A DNA stretch of 64,000 nt from assembly GCA_964454545.1 (NCBI GenBank), contig CAYVTI010000009.1:2830-66829 (forward strand), in the 5' to 3' direction. This document shows, piece after piece, positions 54,835 to 64,000 of the stretch (within the stretch, counting starts at the first letter, position 1; each line of letters begins with the position of its first letter). The translations under genes were made by a program, and so were the position numbers. Source of the stretch: an uncultured Rickettsiales bacterium (GTDB taxonomy: Bacteria > Pseudomonadota > Alphaproteobacteria > Rickettsiales > JABCZZ01). The notes beneath the pieces are model-generated. The model saw only the letters and a program-made list of their open reading frames with translations, did not search any database and was not told where the DNA came from.

Positions 54835-56154
54835 ATGACCGTATTCGTCCGTTTCGCTCCCTCCCCCACCGGCTATCTGCATGTCGGCAATGTACGCACC
54901 GCGCTTGTCAATTTCCTGTTTGCGCGCGCAGCAGCCGGGAAATTCATGCTCCGCCTTGACGATACCGACACGGAGCGTTCGCGCCCTGAATATGCAGCGG
55001 CGATTGAAGCGGATATGCGCTGGCTCGGCCTTCTATGGGACGATTTCAGGAAACAATCGGATCGTTTTACACGTTATGCGGAAGCCAAACAAAAGCTAGT
55101 ATCGCTTGGCAGGCTGTACCCCTGCTATGAAACGGCAGAGGAACTGGAAATGCGCCGCAAGATGCAGGCGGGACGCGGGCTGCCGCCGATTTATGACCGC
55201 GCCGCGCTGCAGCTGAGCGATGCGCAAAAAGCGAGATACGAAGCGGAAGGGCGCAGGCCGCATTACCGCTTCCTGCTTGAAGATAAGCCGATTATCTGGA
55301 ACGACATGATTCGCGGCGAAGTAAAATTTCACGGCACGCATGTGAGCGACCCGGTGCTGGTGCGCGAAGATGGCGTGCCGCTTTATACGCTCGCCTCCGT
55401 GGTGGATGACGGCGACATGGGCATCACCCATATTCTGCGCGGCGAAGATCACGTCAGCAACACCGCCGTGCAGGTGCAGATTTTCGAAGCGCTGGGGCTC
55501 ACACCTCCGCAGTTCGGGCACCTGGCACTGCTCAAGACGAAGGAAGGCGAGCTTTCCAAGCGCATCGGCGGCAATGACATACGCGGGTTACGCGAGGCAG
55601 GCATCGAGCCTATGGCCATCAACAGCCTGCTCGCCAAGCTTGGCACCAGCGATCCGGTGGAGGCATTTGCCAACATGGAAGAACTGATTGCCTCTTTCGA
55701 TATTAAAAGATTTGGCCGCGCCACCGCGAATTATGACTTTCACGAACTGGAACGGCTGAATGAAAAGCTGCTGCACAAACTGCCTTTTGACAGCGTGAAA
55801 GAGCGGCTGCCATTTGCCGACGAGCATTTCTGGCTCTCGGTGCGCGCCAATATCAAAACGCTGGGGGAGGCACGACAGTGGTGGAAAATAACACATAGCC
55901 TATTCGCATATACAGTAAACGATTTGGAATATCTTAAAATAGCGTCTCAACTTCTTCCTCCTGAGCCATGGGATGAAAATACATGGAGTCAGTGGACTAA
56001 AGCGATTGCTGCGGCAACAGGACGTAAAGGAAAGGATTTATTCATGCCGCTCAGGCTGGCACTTACCGGCTTGGAGCATGGCCCGGAGATGAAAATTTTA
56101 TTACCGATGATAAAACGCACTTTTGTAATGTATCGATTAAATCCTCCGCTATGA
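54835..56154 (+). CDS. gltX: glutamate--tRNA ligase
   Basis: 439 aa. [14 protein letters not shown] (HIGH), LRLDDTD, ILRGEDH, KLSKR loop (ELSKRIG). Confidence 0.9.
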   Translation: MTVFVRFAPSPTGYLHVGNVRTALVNFLFARAAAGKFMLRLDDTDTERSRPEYAAAIEADMRWLGLLWDDFRKQSDRFTRYAEAKQKLVSLGRLYPCYETAEELEMRRKMQAGRGLPPIYDRAALQLSDAQKARYEAEGRRPHYRFLLEDKPIIWNDMIRGEVKFHGTHVSDPVLVREDGVPLYTLASVVDDGDMGITHILRGEDHVSNTAVQVQIFEALGLTPPQFGHLALLKTKEGELSKRIGGNDIRGLREAGIEPMAINSLLAKLGTSDPVEAFANMEELIASFDIKRFGRATANYDFHELERLNEKLLHKLPFDSVKERLPFADEHFWLSVRANIKTLGEARQWWKITHSLFAYTVNDLEYLKIASQLLPPEPWDENTWSQWTKAIAAATGRKGKDLFMPLRLALTGLEHGPEMKILLPMIKRTFVMYRLNPPL

Positions 56155-57680
56155 CCCTATATCTTTACAACACCCTGACCCGCAAAAAGGAAGAATTTAA
56201 GCCGCTCGCCCCGGCCAATGTGCGCATGTATGTCTGCGGGCCGACGGTGTATGACCGCGCCCATCTCGGCAATGCGCGCTCGGTGGTGGTGTATGATGTG
56301 TTATACCGCTTGCTGAAGCATCTTTACCCGAAGGTGACCTATGTGCGCAACATCACCGATGTGGACGACAAGATAAATAAGGCTGCCAGAGAGCGCGGCA
56401 TCAGCATTCAGAAACTTACACAGGAAGTCACCGGCTGGTTTCATGAAGATATGAAGGCCCTTAATGTTGAGTCACCAACCATTGAACCGAAGGCAACCGA
56501 ACATATCCGCCAGATGATTGATATGATCGAAAAACTGATTGCAAATGGCAAGGCATACGTTGCGGAAAGGCATGTGCTTTTTTCCGTAAAATCTTCCCCC
56601 CTTCATACCTCCCCCCGCGAGCGGGGGGAGGATCAAGGTGGGGGGCAATGGTACTACGGTATTCTTTCCGGCCGCGTGCAGGAAGATCTGGAAGCAGGCG
56701 CAAGAATAAAAGTCGAGTCCTACAAACGCGATCCGAATGATTTCGTTCTCTGGAAACCCGCCGATGCGGACGACGACCCTTCCAGCGTGTTTGAAAGCCC
56801 ATGGGGCAAAGGCAGGCCGGGCTGGCATATCGAATGCTCGGCGATGAGCACCGAATATCTCGGCAGGGATTTTGACATCCACGGCGGCGGCTCCGATCTC
56901 ATGTTCCCGCACCACGAAAACGAAATCGCGCAAAGCTGCGGCGCCTACCCGCACTCGCACTTCGCCCACTATTGGGTGCATAACGGCTTCCTTACCGTGA
57001 ACGGCGAAAAGATGAGCAAGTCGCTTGGCAACTTCATCACCGTGCGCGAGTTGCTGAAGGATTCGGTTGGAGAACAGCAAATAAATCTTGGGGCAGTAAT
57101 CCGTTATATTTTTTTAAAAACGAAATATCGTGAACCGTTCAATTGGAACCAAGCGCTATTCAATGAAACTAAAGATGAACTCTATAGTTTGTATCGAAAG
57201 AAAACCGATGATGAAGGAGAGGAAGTTCCTTCCGCTTTTATAGAAGCTCTTTGTGATGATTTGAACACTCCCAAGGCATTAAGTCTGTTGCATCTAGCCA
57301 AAGGACCAGAAATAAATTCTATGTTTAGAATGTTAGGCATTCCGACAAAGAAATGGGAGGTGTTTTCTAAGGAGGGAATAAAAACGATAACGACCTCATC
57401 TTCAATGCCTTTGGATTGGCTCCCTAAGTATGGAGGGGCTCTTGATTCTAGTGAAAATTTGATTCCTAGAAGCTCTTACAATCCCGCTCTTTATGACACA
57501 CAAATTGTAGGTCCTATCAAAAGTACCGAAGATATTATTAAAGATAAGATAGAAGCCCGTATCGCAGCCAAAAAAGCCAAGAATTGGGCAGAGGCAGACA
57601 GAATCCGCAGTGAATTAAAAGCACAGGGAATCATTCTCGAAGACCGCCCCGATGGGACGACGGACTGGCGGAGGGAATAA
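56151..57680 (+). CDS. cysS: cysteine--tRNA ligase (carries an in-frame palindromic insertion)
   Basis: 509 aa. [58 protein letters not shown]-terminal [10 protein letters not shown]...[13 protein letters not shown] overlap with gltX. Confidence 0.9.
   Translation: MTLYLYNTLTRKKEEFKPLAPANVRMYVCGPTVYDRAHLGNARSVVVYDVLYRLLKHLYPKVTYVRNITDVDDKINKAARERGISIQKLTQEVTGWFHEDMKALNVESPTIEPKATEHIRQMIDMIEKLIANGKAYVAERHVLFSVKSSPLHTSPRERGEDQGGGQWYYGILSGRVQEDLEAGARIKVESYKRDPNDFVLWKPADADDDPSSVFESPWGKGRPGWHIECSAMSTEYLGRDFDIHGGGSDLMFPHHENEIAQSCGAYPHSHFAHYWVHNGFLTVNGEKMSKSLGNFITVRELLKDSVGEQQINLGAVIRYIFLKTKYREPFNWNQALFNETKDELYSLYRKKTDDEGEEVPSAFIEALCDDLNTPKALSLLHLAKGPEINSMFRMLGIPTKKWEVFSKEGIKTITTSSSMPLDWLPKYGGALDSSENLIPRSSYNPALYDTQIVGPIKSTEDIIKDKIEARIAAKKAKNWAEADRIRSELKAQGIILEDRPDGTTDWRRE
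56596..56645. repeat. nested GC-rich palindromic element inserted in frame in cysS
   Basis: Perfect palindrome CCTCCCCCCGC-GA-GCGGGGGGAGG (56608-56631), flanked by CCCCCC (56596-56601) and GGGGGG (56640-56645). It encodes about [19 protein letters not shown], which is absent at the equivalent point of E. coli CysRS (FDVPTDPTYGVLS). Confidence 0.7.
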
Positions 57681-57694
57681 CCATCCAGTTATTC

Positions 57695-60600
57695 TTATTG
57701 ACAGTAATCGGCCTGGTTAGCTAATGGAGCAACTATACAGGTATGCGGAGGGGCACCGCAATACTGCTGACTAGTGGTGATAAACTGATTTCCCACTTGC
57801 TGGCATGTATACAATGTATTCTTATCGCCAGCCATTCCGCATACGGCATTCCCACCGCAGTAAAGTCCTGAGCCACTGGCAGACAAGCCGCAGGAAGCAT
57901 TAAGCTGCAATCCGCTACAGGGATTCGCGGGTCCAGGCTGATTCTGCGGCGCCGGTGGAGGCGGCGGCAACTGAGGTCCTCCCAGAGAATCAACGCAACT
58001 CCATGCGGGATACGGATTGGTGTAAGTGGGAGCTGCCGTTTCCCATATATGCCAGACAGCCCCATCGCCCCCAAAATAAAATATCTCGCTGCGCCAGTCA
58101 TAGTTAAGTCCGAGCGCGGGAACGCTGAATATGGTATATCCATTATTAATATAGGGAAGAGCCGTGGTATTCTCGGGCCCCCAGTAACAGTACTGAGTCA
58201 TGTCTTTCGGACAGGCAGAGGTAGCAGGACTTCCCGGTGATGATACGCATGGGCAGTGTTGGACATAGGGAGAGCATGTCTGAGCCATCTGCGTTCCGAC
58301 TAATGTATTATGCCCTCCCCACCCCAGAATATTCGGAGGTTGACTGGTATCAATTATCTGCTTTATATATTCCAGCCCGCCTTCCCCGGAGCGGTAAAAC
58401 AGTTCCGTATAGCCAAGCATTTCTCGCACGGCAATATCGCTGGTGCTTTGGCCGTTTATATTTATAGGCGGCCCCAAAGCCCCGGTCCATCCGCCGCAAT
58501 TGTTAGCGGAAGAACATCCTGTAGCAACACTGCCAGGTGACGGCGGAACTCCAACAATGCCATAATTTTTCCCACGGAAATAAACATTGACTGGCCCCCC
58601 TCCGCCCCCCGTCGCAGATAAATTGCTGGTTACAGTATCTTGCTGCACGGCTGCATCCGACGTTATAGGTTGCGGGATTGGCCAATTGATGGCTGCAGGG
58701 TCAATAAAATTATTTCCCATCGCCCCCACCGCCTTAATCATCTGCACGCTTTTATCGGTTCCGGCATAAAAAAGGTATAAATCCGGAGATGAGTTGCTGG
58801 CATTTACTCCCTCTCCCGCTGTAACAATTATATTGCTAACCGCACCGCTGCTGCCACAGCCATTGCCGCTACAGCCGGAACCAGCAACTCCCTTAGTACT
58901 GATAGTAACAGGCGTATGCCAGGTATAGCTGTTGCCGGTCTGGGCAGGATCATAGCTATAATTGTTAAATAGCGGCGTATAAATGCTTTGAATCTGCTGC
59001 TTATCATTTACGTAGAAAAGCACATTCTGGAAAGCCGCTATATTTTTATATGCCGTGATCTGGCTTGCCGCTACGGCATTCGCCCCGCCTATCTGCGCCG
59101 GCTTGCTCCACGTTCCTCCACGCACGGAAGTATTTTTCGTCTGCCATACATGCCATATCGTATTGTCATTCGCTACATAGAACACTTCTATTTCACCAGC
59201 GTCTATAGCCTGACTTGAGCTAATTCCCAGAGGGGCCTGTGAAGCGTTGATAAGGCCATGCGCCACCACAACCGGATCGCCCAGCAAGTTATTAGCGCCG
59301 TCAATAACAGTCCATCCATTGGTATTCTTCGGAGTATCATCCCAGTCATCATGATTTGCACCGCCGCTCTGGCCTTTTTGCGCCTTGTAGTATAACTGGC
59401 CATCTTTACTCACAAAAACCACCAGCGCTCCAGACTGGGAGTTCTGGCTTTGTCCCGATGGCCCGTCAAGCACAACCGCCGGGCCTGTCATATACGTCGC
59501 CAGGGCGTAAGGCTCCGTGCGGCAGGCAGCGGCCGAAGAGCCGCTGACAGGGTTTTTGTTAATATGCATATAACACCTGGCGCAGGATTTATCAGCTGAC
59601 CGGGGTTCATTTCCCCCATTGCCCCAGTTCTGCTCCACCACCCATATCTTACTAGGATCGTTAGGTGCGGCACTCGGTTTATCCGCCACAATAGCGACGT
59701 GGCCATTGCTGCCACCCACCTGGCAAGCATTAGGACCTGCGAAAAATACCATAACATCACCATGCACCGGCGTGTAACTTGAATAATCCGGCGTACCATT
59801 ACCAGAGGCCCAATATGTCGTAATTTCACTGGAGTCCAAACCACACATCTGCCATGCGCTCGGCACAGGAGGAAGCTTGATGCCAAAGCGGCCATACACA
59901 TACCTGTAGGCAAATTCCTCACATTGGTATCCCCAGCCATATTCTGTCGCAAAACCGCCGATAGGCGGCATAGTGGCATAAGACAATCCTTTGTTATCGG
60001 AAAAAAGATTAAGTTCTGTATTATCAGAACAACAAGAATGATCCAGAAGAGCTGGACACGTATTCTTATTATAGAAAGCTGGTATTCCGTCAATCGACGC
60101 GGTCTCAATCATTGAACTGTTATCAGCACATGCAGATAATAAATTCCCGCCGGATACTGTCCCCGTGCTTCCTGCGGCATTTGAGCAGGTTTCCCCGCCA
60201 TTTCCCGTCGCATGGACAAATACACAGGCGCAAGCGCTATTGATGCCAGTAGCAATGCCGGAGCTGGAGCAAGGCGCCCCCCCGCAATCATCCCAGTTTT
60301 CGTTAACCGCATCGAACGTCAGGCCACCCGGATCCGAGGGCTTGCCATAAACCGCTCTTACAACCGCTATGTGGCTTGATGGTACCCAAGAGGAATTTTC
60401 GTTGCAGCGGGTTTGATCCAGTATTGACACACCAGGGAAGGAGTTCGAATAGACCACCACATCGCCTACCTTTGGCCCTTGTTTAACGGGATCCACATAT
60501 ACCGCCCCATTTGCAGGAGACCAGTATTTGCTCGTGGTAGCTTTATTACTGTTTATGTATTCCTGGCACAGATCATCCGGGATGCTCGGATAGTTTATAT

Positions 60601-61114
60601 CCACATGCCACTTAAAATGGAAATACCGGTGGGCCAACTCATCGCACATATATCCAGACCACCAGGATTGATAAGGAGTCCCCGGGGTCGTACTTGACGG
60701 CCCAGCTCCCCAGACAGGAAAGTTCGCCGCTTGCAGCTGCGAAGGCGTGAGGAATTGCTTCGTCTGCGTTACTCCGTTAGAGTCCGTATAATATCCAGTG
60801 CCAGTACTGGCATCGAATGTATCCATGCCATCCAACGAACCAACCGGAGTATCCCGACCAACAGTACAGTAACTCATGTTAAATGCAGGGTATCCGTCAG
60901 CCGTAAGCCCCAATGGTTGTGGCTGGCCTGGTACGTTCCCATACCTGGCGCATGCCGTATAATAAGGTCCGGTATGTTGCGGCAGGGGCTGTTGCTGTGC
61001 GAAAGAAAGACCGGGGGAAAACAAGGTTAGCAAAATTGCCAGGCATGAAGACAAGAAATATAAATTGTGATCGGAGCACGATGAATTATATTCTGTCACG
61101 GATGGATTTCCCAT
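57695..61114 (-). CDS. secreted Cys-rich protein: two CHAP domains, seven-repeat propeller-lectin-like region, Pro linker, 8-Cys C-terminal module
   Basis: 1139 aa. Signal peptide LAILLTLFSPGLSFA/QQQ. CHAP1 (C157 in YMCDELAHRY, GDVVVY, H248 in SHIAVV, NENW). CHAP2 (C398 in YQCEEFAYRY, GDVMVF, H472 in GHVAIV, EQNW). Seven repeats such as EVFYVANDNTIWHVWQT and EIFYFGGDGAVWHIWET. PPPPPAP linker. 40 Cys counted by hand. Confidence 0.8.
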   Translation of the reverse strand: MGNPSVTEYNSSCSDHNLYFLSSCLAILLTLFSPGLSFAQQQPLPQHTGPYYTACARYGNVPGQPQPLGLTADGYPAFNMSYCTVGRDTPVGSLDGMDTFDASTGTGYYTDSNGVTQTKQFLTPSQLQAANFPVWGAGPSSTTPGTPYQSWWSGYMCDELAHRYFHFKWHVDINYPSIPDDLCQEYINSNKATTSKYWSPANGAVYVDPVKQGPKVGDVVVYSNSFPGVSILDQTRCNENSSWVPSSHIAVVRAVYGKPSDPGGLTFDAVNENWDDCGGAPCSSSGIATGINSACACVFVHATGNGGETCSNAAGSTGTVSGGNLLSACADNSSMIETASIDGIPAFYNKNTCPALLDHSCCSDNTELNLFSDNKGLSYATMPPIGGFATEYGWGYQCEEFAYRYVYGRFGIKLPPVPSAWQMCGLDSSEITTYWASGNGTPDYSSYTPVHGDVMVFFAGPNACQVGGSNGHVAIVADKPSAAPNDPSKIWVVEQNWGNGGNEPRSADKSCARCYMHINKNPVSGSSAAACRTEPYALATYMTGPAVVLDGPSGQSQNSQSGALVVFVSKDGQLYYKAQKGQSGGANHDDWDDTPKNTNGWTVIDGANNLLGDPVVVAHGLINASQAPLGISSSQAIDAGEIEVFYVANDNTIWHVWQTKNTSVRGGTWSKPAQIGGANAVAASQITAYKNIAAFQNVLFYVNDKQQIQSIYTPLFNNYSYDPAQTGNSYTWHTPVTISTKGVAGSGCSGNGCGSSGAVSNIIVTAGEGVNASNSSPDLYLFYAGTDKSVQMIKAVGAMGNNFIDPAAINWPIPQPITSDAAVQQDTVTSNLSATGGGGGPVNVYFRGKNYGIVGVPPSPGSVATGCSSANNCGGWTGALGPPININGQSTSDIAVREMLGYTELFYRSGEGGLEYIKQIIDTSQPPNILGWGGHNTLVGTQMAQTCSPYVQHCPCVSSPGSPATSACPKDMTQYCYWGPENTTALPYINNGYTIFSVPALGLNYDWRSEIFYFGGDGAVWHIWETAAPTYTNPYPAWSCVDSLGGPQLPPPPPAPQNQPGPANPCSGLQLNASCGLSASGSGLYCGGNAVCGMAGDKNTLYTCQQVGNQFITTSQQYCGAPPHTCIVAPLANQADYCQ

Positions 61115-61288
61115 AAAAGAACCTTACATCATTTATGGGATAATAATAACACGAAAGTGTTAATCTTTTATTACAGGCAAGCAGTTTTTTTATGCCTGTA
61201 GCCAATTAGGCACTGCCTTTATAAATAACTCCTATCCTCCAGATAGTTACCTTGTGCTCAAATACCCGCCGCCGCAAACAACCTGGTA

Positions 61289-61404
61289 CTAAGTGGATGT
61301 CACCCCGCATAAGCGAAGCGCATTGCGGGGTCTATGCCCAACAAGTGTGACAAATGTTTGTGCCCCAAAGAGGGAAATGCAACCCGGAGATTCAATAAAT
61401 AACC
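61289..61404 (+). repeat. 116-nt intergenic element, copy B
   Basis: Same ordered blocks as copy A (35561-35676). Contains the hairpin CCCCGCA-TAAGCGAAGCGCAT-TGCGGGG (61303-61330). Confidence 0.6.
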
Positions 61405-61478
61405 TGAGTTTTGGATAAAGTATCGGATAAGCCATTGGGGATCATGCACAGAGTTATCTGGCATCCATATGGCGCGCG

Positions 61479-61512
61479 TGAATCTCCACGGGGCTTGCCC
61501 CGTGGAGATTCA
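61479..61512. repeat. perfect 15-bp inverted repeat with 4-nt loop downstream of clpP
   Basis: TGAATCTCCACGGGG-CTTG-CCCCGTGGAGATTCA. On the plus strand it is followed by TAATCTTTT. On the minus strand (the clpP sense) there is no T-run. Confidence 0.6.
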
Positions 61513-61562
61513 TAATCTTTTACATAACTGGTCAGGCTGGATTGCCCCGCTCCGGAATATGA

Positions 61563-62231
61563 CTATTTCTTCTTGTCATTTTTGTCCGATGAACGGTTCT
61601 CGACAATCTCGTCGATAAGTCCGAATTCCTTCGCCGCCTCGGCCGACATGAAGTTGTCGCGATCCATGGCCTTTTCAATGGTCGCAAGCTTCTGTCCGGT
61701 ATGCTTGACGTACATTTCGTTCAGGCGCTGGCGCAGCGAGATGATTTCCTTGGCGTGGATTTCAATGTCGGAAGCCTGCCCCCTGAAACCGCCGGAAGGC
61801 TGGTGGATCATGATGCGCGCATTGGGCGTCGCATAACGCTTGCCGGTGGCGCCTGCGGTAAGCAGCAGAGAGCCCATGGAAGCGGCCTGGCCGATGCAGA
61901 GCGTCGACACTTTCGGCTTGATGTACTGCATCGTGTCGTAAATGGAAAGACCGGAAGTCACCACCCCGCCCGGCGAATTGATGTACATGGATATCTCCTT
62001 GTCCGGGTTTTCCGATTCAAGGAACAAAAGCTGCGCCACGATAAGTGAGGCCATGGCGTCATGCACTTCCCCGGTTACGAATATGATGCGTTCCTTGAGA
62101 AGTCGGGAGAAAATATCATACGCGCGCTCGCCGCGGTTCGTCTGTTCCACGACCATCGGCACCAGATCCATGCGCGGCGAATCACCAAAATTACTCATAC
62201 TGTCCATAATTTTCTCCATACCGTAATTCAT
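61563..62231 (-). CDS. clpP: ATP-dependent Clp protease proteolytic subunit
   Basis: [40 protein letters not shown] (Ser), IMIHQPSGG (His). The start among several N-terminal Met codons is uncertain. Confidence 0.95.
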   Translation of the reverse strand: MNYGMEKIMDSMSNFGDSPRMDLVPMVVEQTNRGERAYDIFSRLLKERIIFVTGEVHDAMASLIVAQLLFLESENPDKEISMYINSPGGVVTSGLSIYDTMQYIKPKVSTLCIGQAASMGSLLLTAGATGKRYATPNARIMIHQPSGGFRGQASDIEIHAKEIISLRQRLNEMYVKHTGQKLATIEKAMDRDNFMSAEAAKEFGLIDEIVENRSSDKNDKKK

Positions 62232-62265
62232 AATACTCCTAACTTAAACGGTTGCTAATCCCAAA

Positions 62266-63639
62266 TCAAGAATTTGCGGCTTTTTTCTTCCTGTTTTCCT
62301 TCCTGGTTTCCTTTGCATCCGCCGCTTCGCCCTCATCCTCCATGTTCAGTTCTTCCGGACTGACGGTGCGCGTGTTTACTTTCGCCTTGCCAATGATAAA
62401 GTCGACCGCTTTTTCTTCCAGTATCGGTCCCTGCAGTTCACGCAGATGCTGCGGGTTCTTCTTGTAGAAATCGAATATCGCCTTTTCCTGGCCGGGGAAC
62501 TGCCGCGCCTGCTCCATCACGGAACGGGACAGTTCTTCCTGCGTAACCTGCAGCTTGTTCTTCGAGGCGACATCCGACAGAAATATTCCAAGCTTCACGC
62601 GGCGTTCGGCGATTTTCATATATTCCGTGCGCAATTCACCGTCACTCTTGCTCTTAATATTCTCATCGCCTTCTTTCTTCGCCTGTTCAAGCTTCTCCCA
62701 TATGGAATTGAACTCCACATCCAGCATGCCCTGCGGCACGGGGAAATTTACTTCCTCATCTAAGGTGTCAAAAAGCTGCTTTTTGATTTTCACCCGCGCC
62801 TGGGCTTCATAACCACCATTAATCTGCGCCTTTATAGCATCCTTAAGCGCGGCCAGATCGGCAAATCCAAATTTTTTGGCAAGTTCATCATTGACTTCCG
62901 GTTTTTCACCCTTCTGCACCTCATGCACATGGACATCGAATTCCGCAGGCTTTCCCGCCAGTTCCTGTTTGTGGTAATTATCGGGGAACGTGACCTTCAC
63001 ACCCACATCATCCCCTTCCTTGCTGCCGACAAGCTGCTCCTCGAAGTTACCTATGAAGCTACCGCTTCCCAACTCAAGCGGAAATCTCTTTGCCGCGCCG
63101 CCTTCAAATTCCTTACCATCCAGGCGGCCAGTAAAATCGATAACCACACGGCTTCCGTTCTTAGCTTTCGCGCCCTCCTGACGGGTAAACACCTTGTTGT
63201 TTTCCGCCAGGCGTTCGACCGCCTCATCGATTTCCTTATCCGTCACATCACATACCAGCTTTTCCAGGTTCAGCGCTGCGAAGTCAATCTCCTTCACTTC
63301 CGGCAATACTTCCAGCTCCATCCTGAAATCCAGATCGCCGCCTTCCTCATAGGAAATGATTTCAAGCTTCGGGGGCATGGCAGGAAGCAGTTTCTTCTCC
63401 TGCAATACCTTCTGGGTAGCCTCATTCACCGAACGCTCCACCACTTCCCCTGTCACGCTTTTTCCATAGCGCTTTTTCAATACCTTAAGGGGAATATGGC
63501 CAGGCCGGAAACCATCCATCTTGACGTTTCTCGAAATTGAAGCCAGCTGCGCTTCAGTTTTGTCGCTAATCGATTTTGCGTCCAGCTTCACTGCATATTC
63601 ACGCTTCAAGCCCTCGTTTTTAATCTCTTTAACTTCCAT
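62266..63639 (-). CDS. tig: trigger factor
   Basis: 457 aa. N-terminal ribosome-binding GFRPGHIP motif, FKBP-type PPIase middle, acidic/basic C-terminal tail. Upstream of clpP as usual. Confidence 0.95.
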   Translation of the reverse strand: MEVKEIKNEGLKREYAVKLDAKSISDKTEAQLASISRNVKMDGFRPGHIPLKVLKKRYGKSVTGEVVERSVNEATQKVLQEKKLLPAMPPKLEIISYEEGGDLDFRMELEVLPEVKEIDFAALNLEKLVCDVTDKEIDEAVERLAENNKVFTRQEGAKAKNGSRVVIDFTGRLDGKEFEGGAAKRFPLELGSGSFIGNFEEQLVGSKEGDDVGVKVTFPDNYHKQELAGKPAEFDVHVHEVQKGEKPEVNDELAKKFGFADLAALKDAIKAQINGGYEAQARVKIKKQLFDTLDEEVNFPVPQGMLDVEFNSIWEKLEQAKKEGDENIKSKSDGELRTEYMKIAERRVKLGIFLSDVASKNKLQVTQEELSRSVMEQARQFPGQEKAIFDFYKKNPQHLRELQGPILEEKAVDFIIGKAKVNTRTVSPEELNMEDEGEAADAKETRKENRKKKAANS

Positions 63640-63765
63640 AATACGTAAAATTCCTTCTTATTATTGCGAAACCTGACAGCAAATAACCATAGTTTTATGG
63701 GAAGAGCAACTATATACTTAGCCATTGCAATCTCCCGGCCGTTGACAGGCAGGGGTACGTTGATT

Positions 63766-64000
63766 CTACATCATTGACGACACCTTCAACAAGGCAGGCG
63801 TCATTACAACCACAAACAAGGTGGGAAGTATGAACACGATCATGGGTACCGTCATGATCGCAGGCAAGCGCGCCGCTTTCTGCTCCGCGCGCAGCATGCG
63901 CTGCGTGCGGAACTCCGACGCGAGCACACGCAGGGCCTGCGCAACCGGAGTGCCATATTTTTCCGTCTGTATAAGAACTCCCGCTATGCCCCGGATTTCA
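63766..64000 (-). CDS. type II secretion system F family protein (TadB/TadC-like), N-terminus beyond window edge
   Basis: Not in the ORF track. Hand translation of the minus strand gives EIRGIAGVLIQTEKYGTPVAQALRVLASEFRTQRMLRAEQKAARLPAIMTVPMIVFILPTLFVVVMTPALLKVSSMM*, the typical C-terminal end of Tad/GspF-family membrane proteins. Confidence 0.7.
   Translation of the reverse strand, partial: EIRGIAGVLIQTEKYGTPVAQALRVLASEFRTQRMLRAEQKAARLPAIMTVPMIVFILPTLFVVVMTPALLKVSSMM

Noticed and set aside
35561-61404. The two 116-nt repeat copies considered as att-like direct repeats bounding a 25.7-kb mobile element
   Set aside because: The interval contains core genes (cspA, degP, che operon, hisI, gltX, cysS) and no integrase at either end. 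The copies share only blocks, not a continuous identical core.
1-64000. Scan for CRISPR arrays, rRNA genes, intact IS or transposase genes, and prophage structural genes
   Set aside because: None were seen by eye. The only repeat structures are those listed, the only RNA gene recognised is tRNA-Gly, and the only recombinases are xerD and the integrase stub. A computational repeat and Rfam scan would be needed to exclude small or diverged elements.

Overview
All calls below come from reading the sequence and ORF track by eye. No BLAST, HMM or structure search was run, so family assignments are motif recognition, not search results.

The window is about 64 kb of chromosome that looks alphaproteobacterial. 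This is inferred from an lpxI-containing lipid A cluster, a DUF1476 zeta subunit, DUF2336 proteins, AddA, and TTAA-N7-TTAA boxes.

Most of it is housekeeping:
- gpsA (partial), type-2 ileS, purC-purS, fabG.
- bamA-skp-lpxD-fabZ-lpxA-lpxI-lpxB envelope cluster.
- arsC, ubiA, manC, recR, addA, xerD, greA, rhlE, cspA, degP, hisI.
- gltX-cysS, translationally coupled.
- tig-clpP.
- A complete chemotaxis operon cheA(-REC)-cheW-cheY-cheZ-cheB-cheR, with a convergent soluble PAS-MCP gene.
- One tRNA-Gly(CCC).

Accessory or unusual content:
1. An AT-shifted island of about 7.5 kb sits directly 3' of tRNA-Gly. It has a decayed integrase remnant, a polymorphic-toxin-like gene with a small membrane protein, a 771-aa orphan, a HAL/PAL-family homolog whose MIO-forming Ala-Ser-Gly triad reads Gly-Gln-Gly, and a VirK/DUF535 gene.
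2. A 1139-aa secreted protein with 40 cysteines carries two CHAP domains, a seven-repeat propeller-lectin-like region and a Pro-linked 8-Cys tail. It is wedged after clpP, where clpX is usually found.
3. A 50-nt nested GC palindrome is inserted in frame inside cysS.
4. A 116-nt intergenic element is present twice.
5. An unannotated 55-aa Flp pilin gene lies far from a tad gene at the window edge.
6. A glycosyltransferase is co-oriented with a PAS protein that has a degenerate GGDEF motif but an intact RxxD I-site.
7. A VapBC-type toxin-antitoxin pair, and perfect CtrA-type boxes upstream of cheA and in the greA/GT39 divergent region.

No rRNA, CRISPR array or intact IS or transposase was seen.
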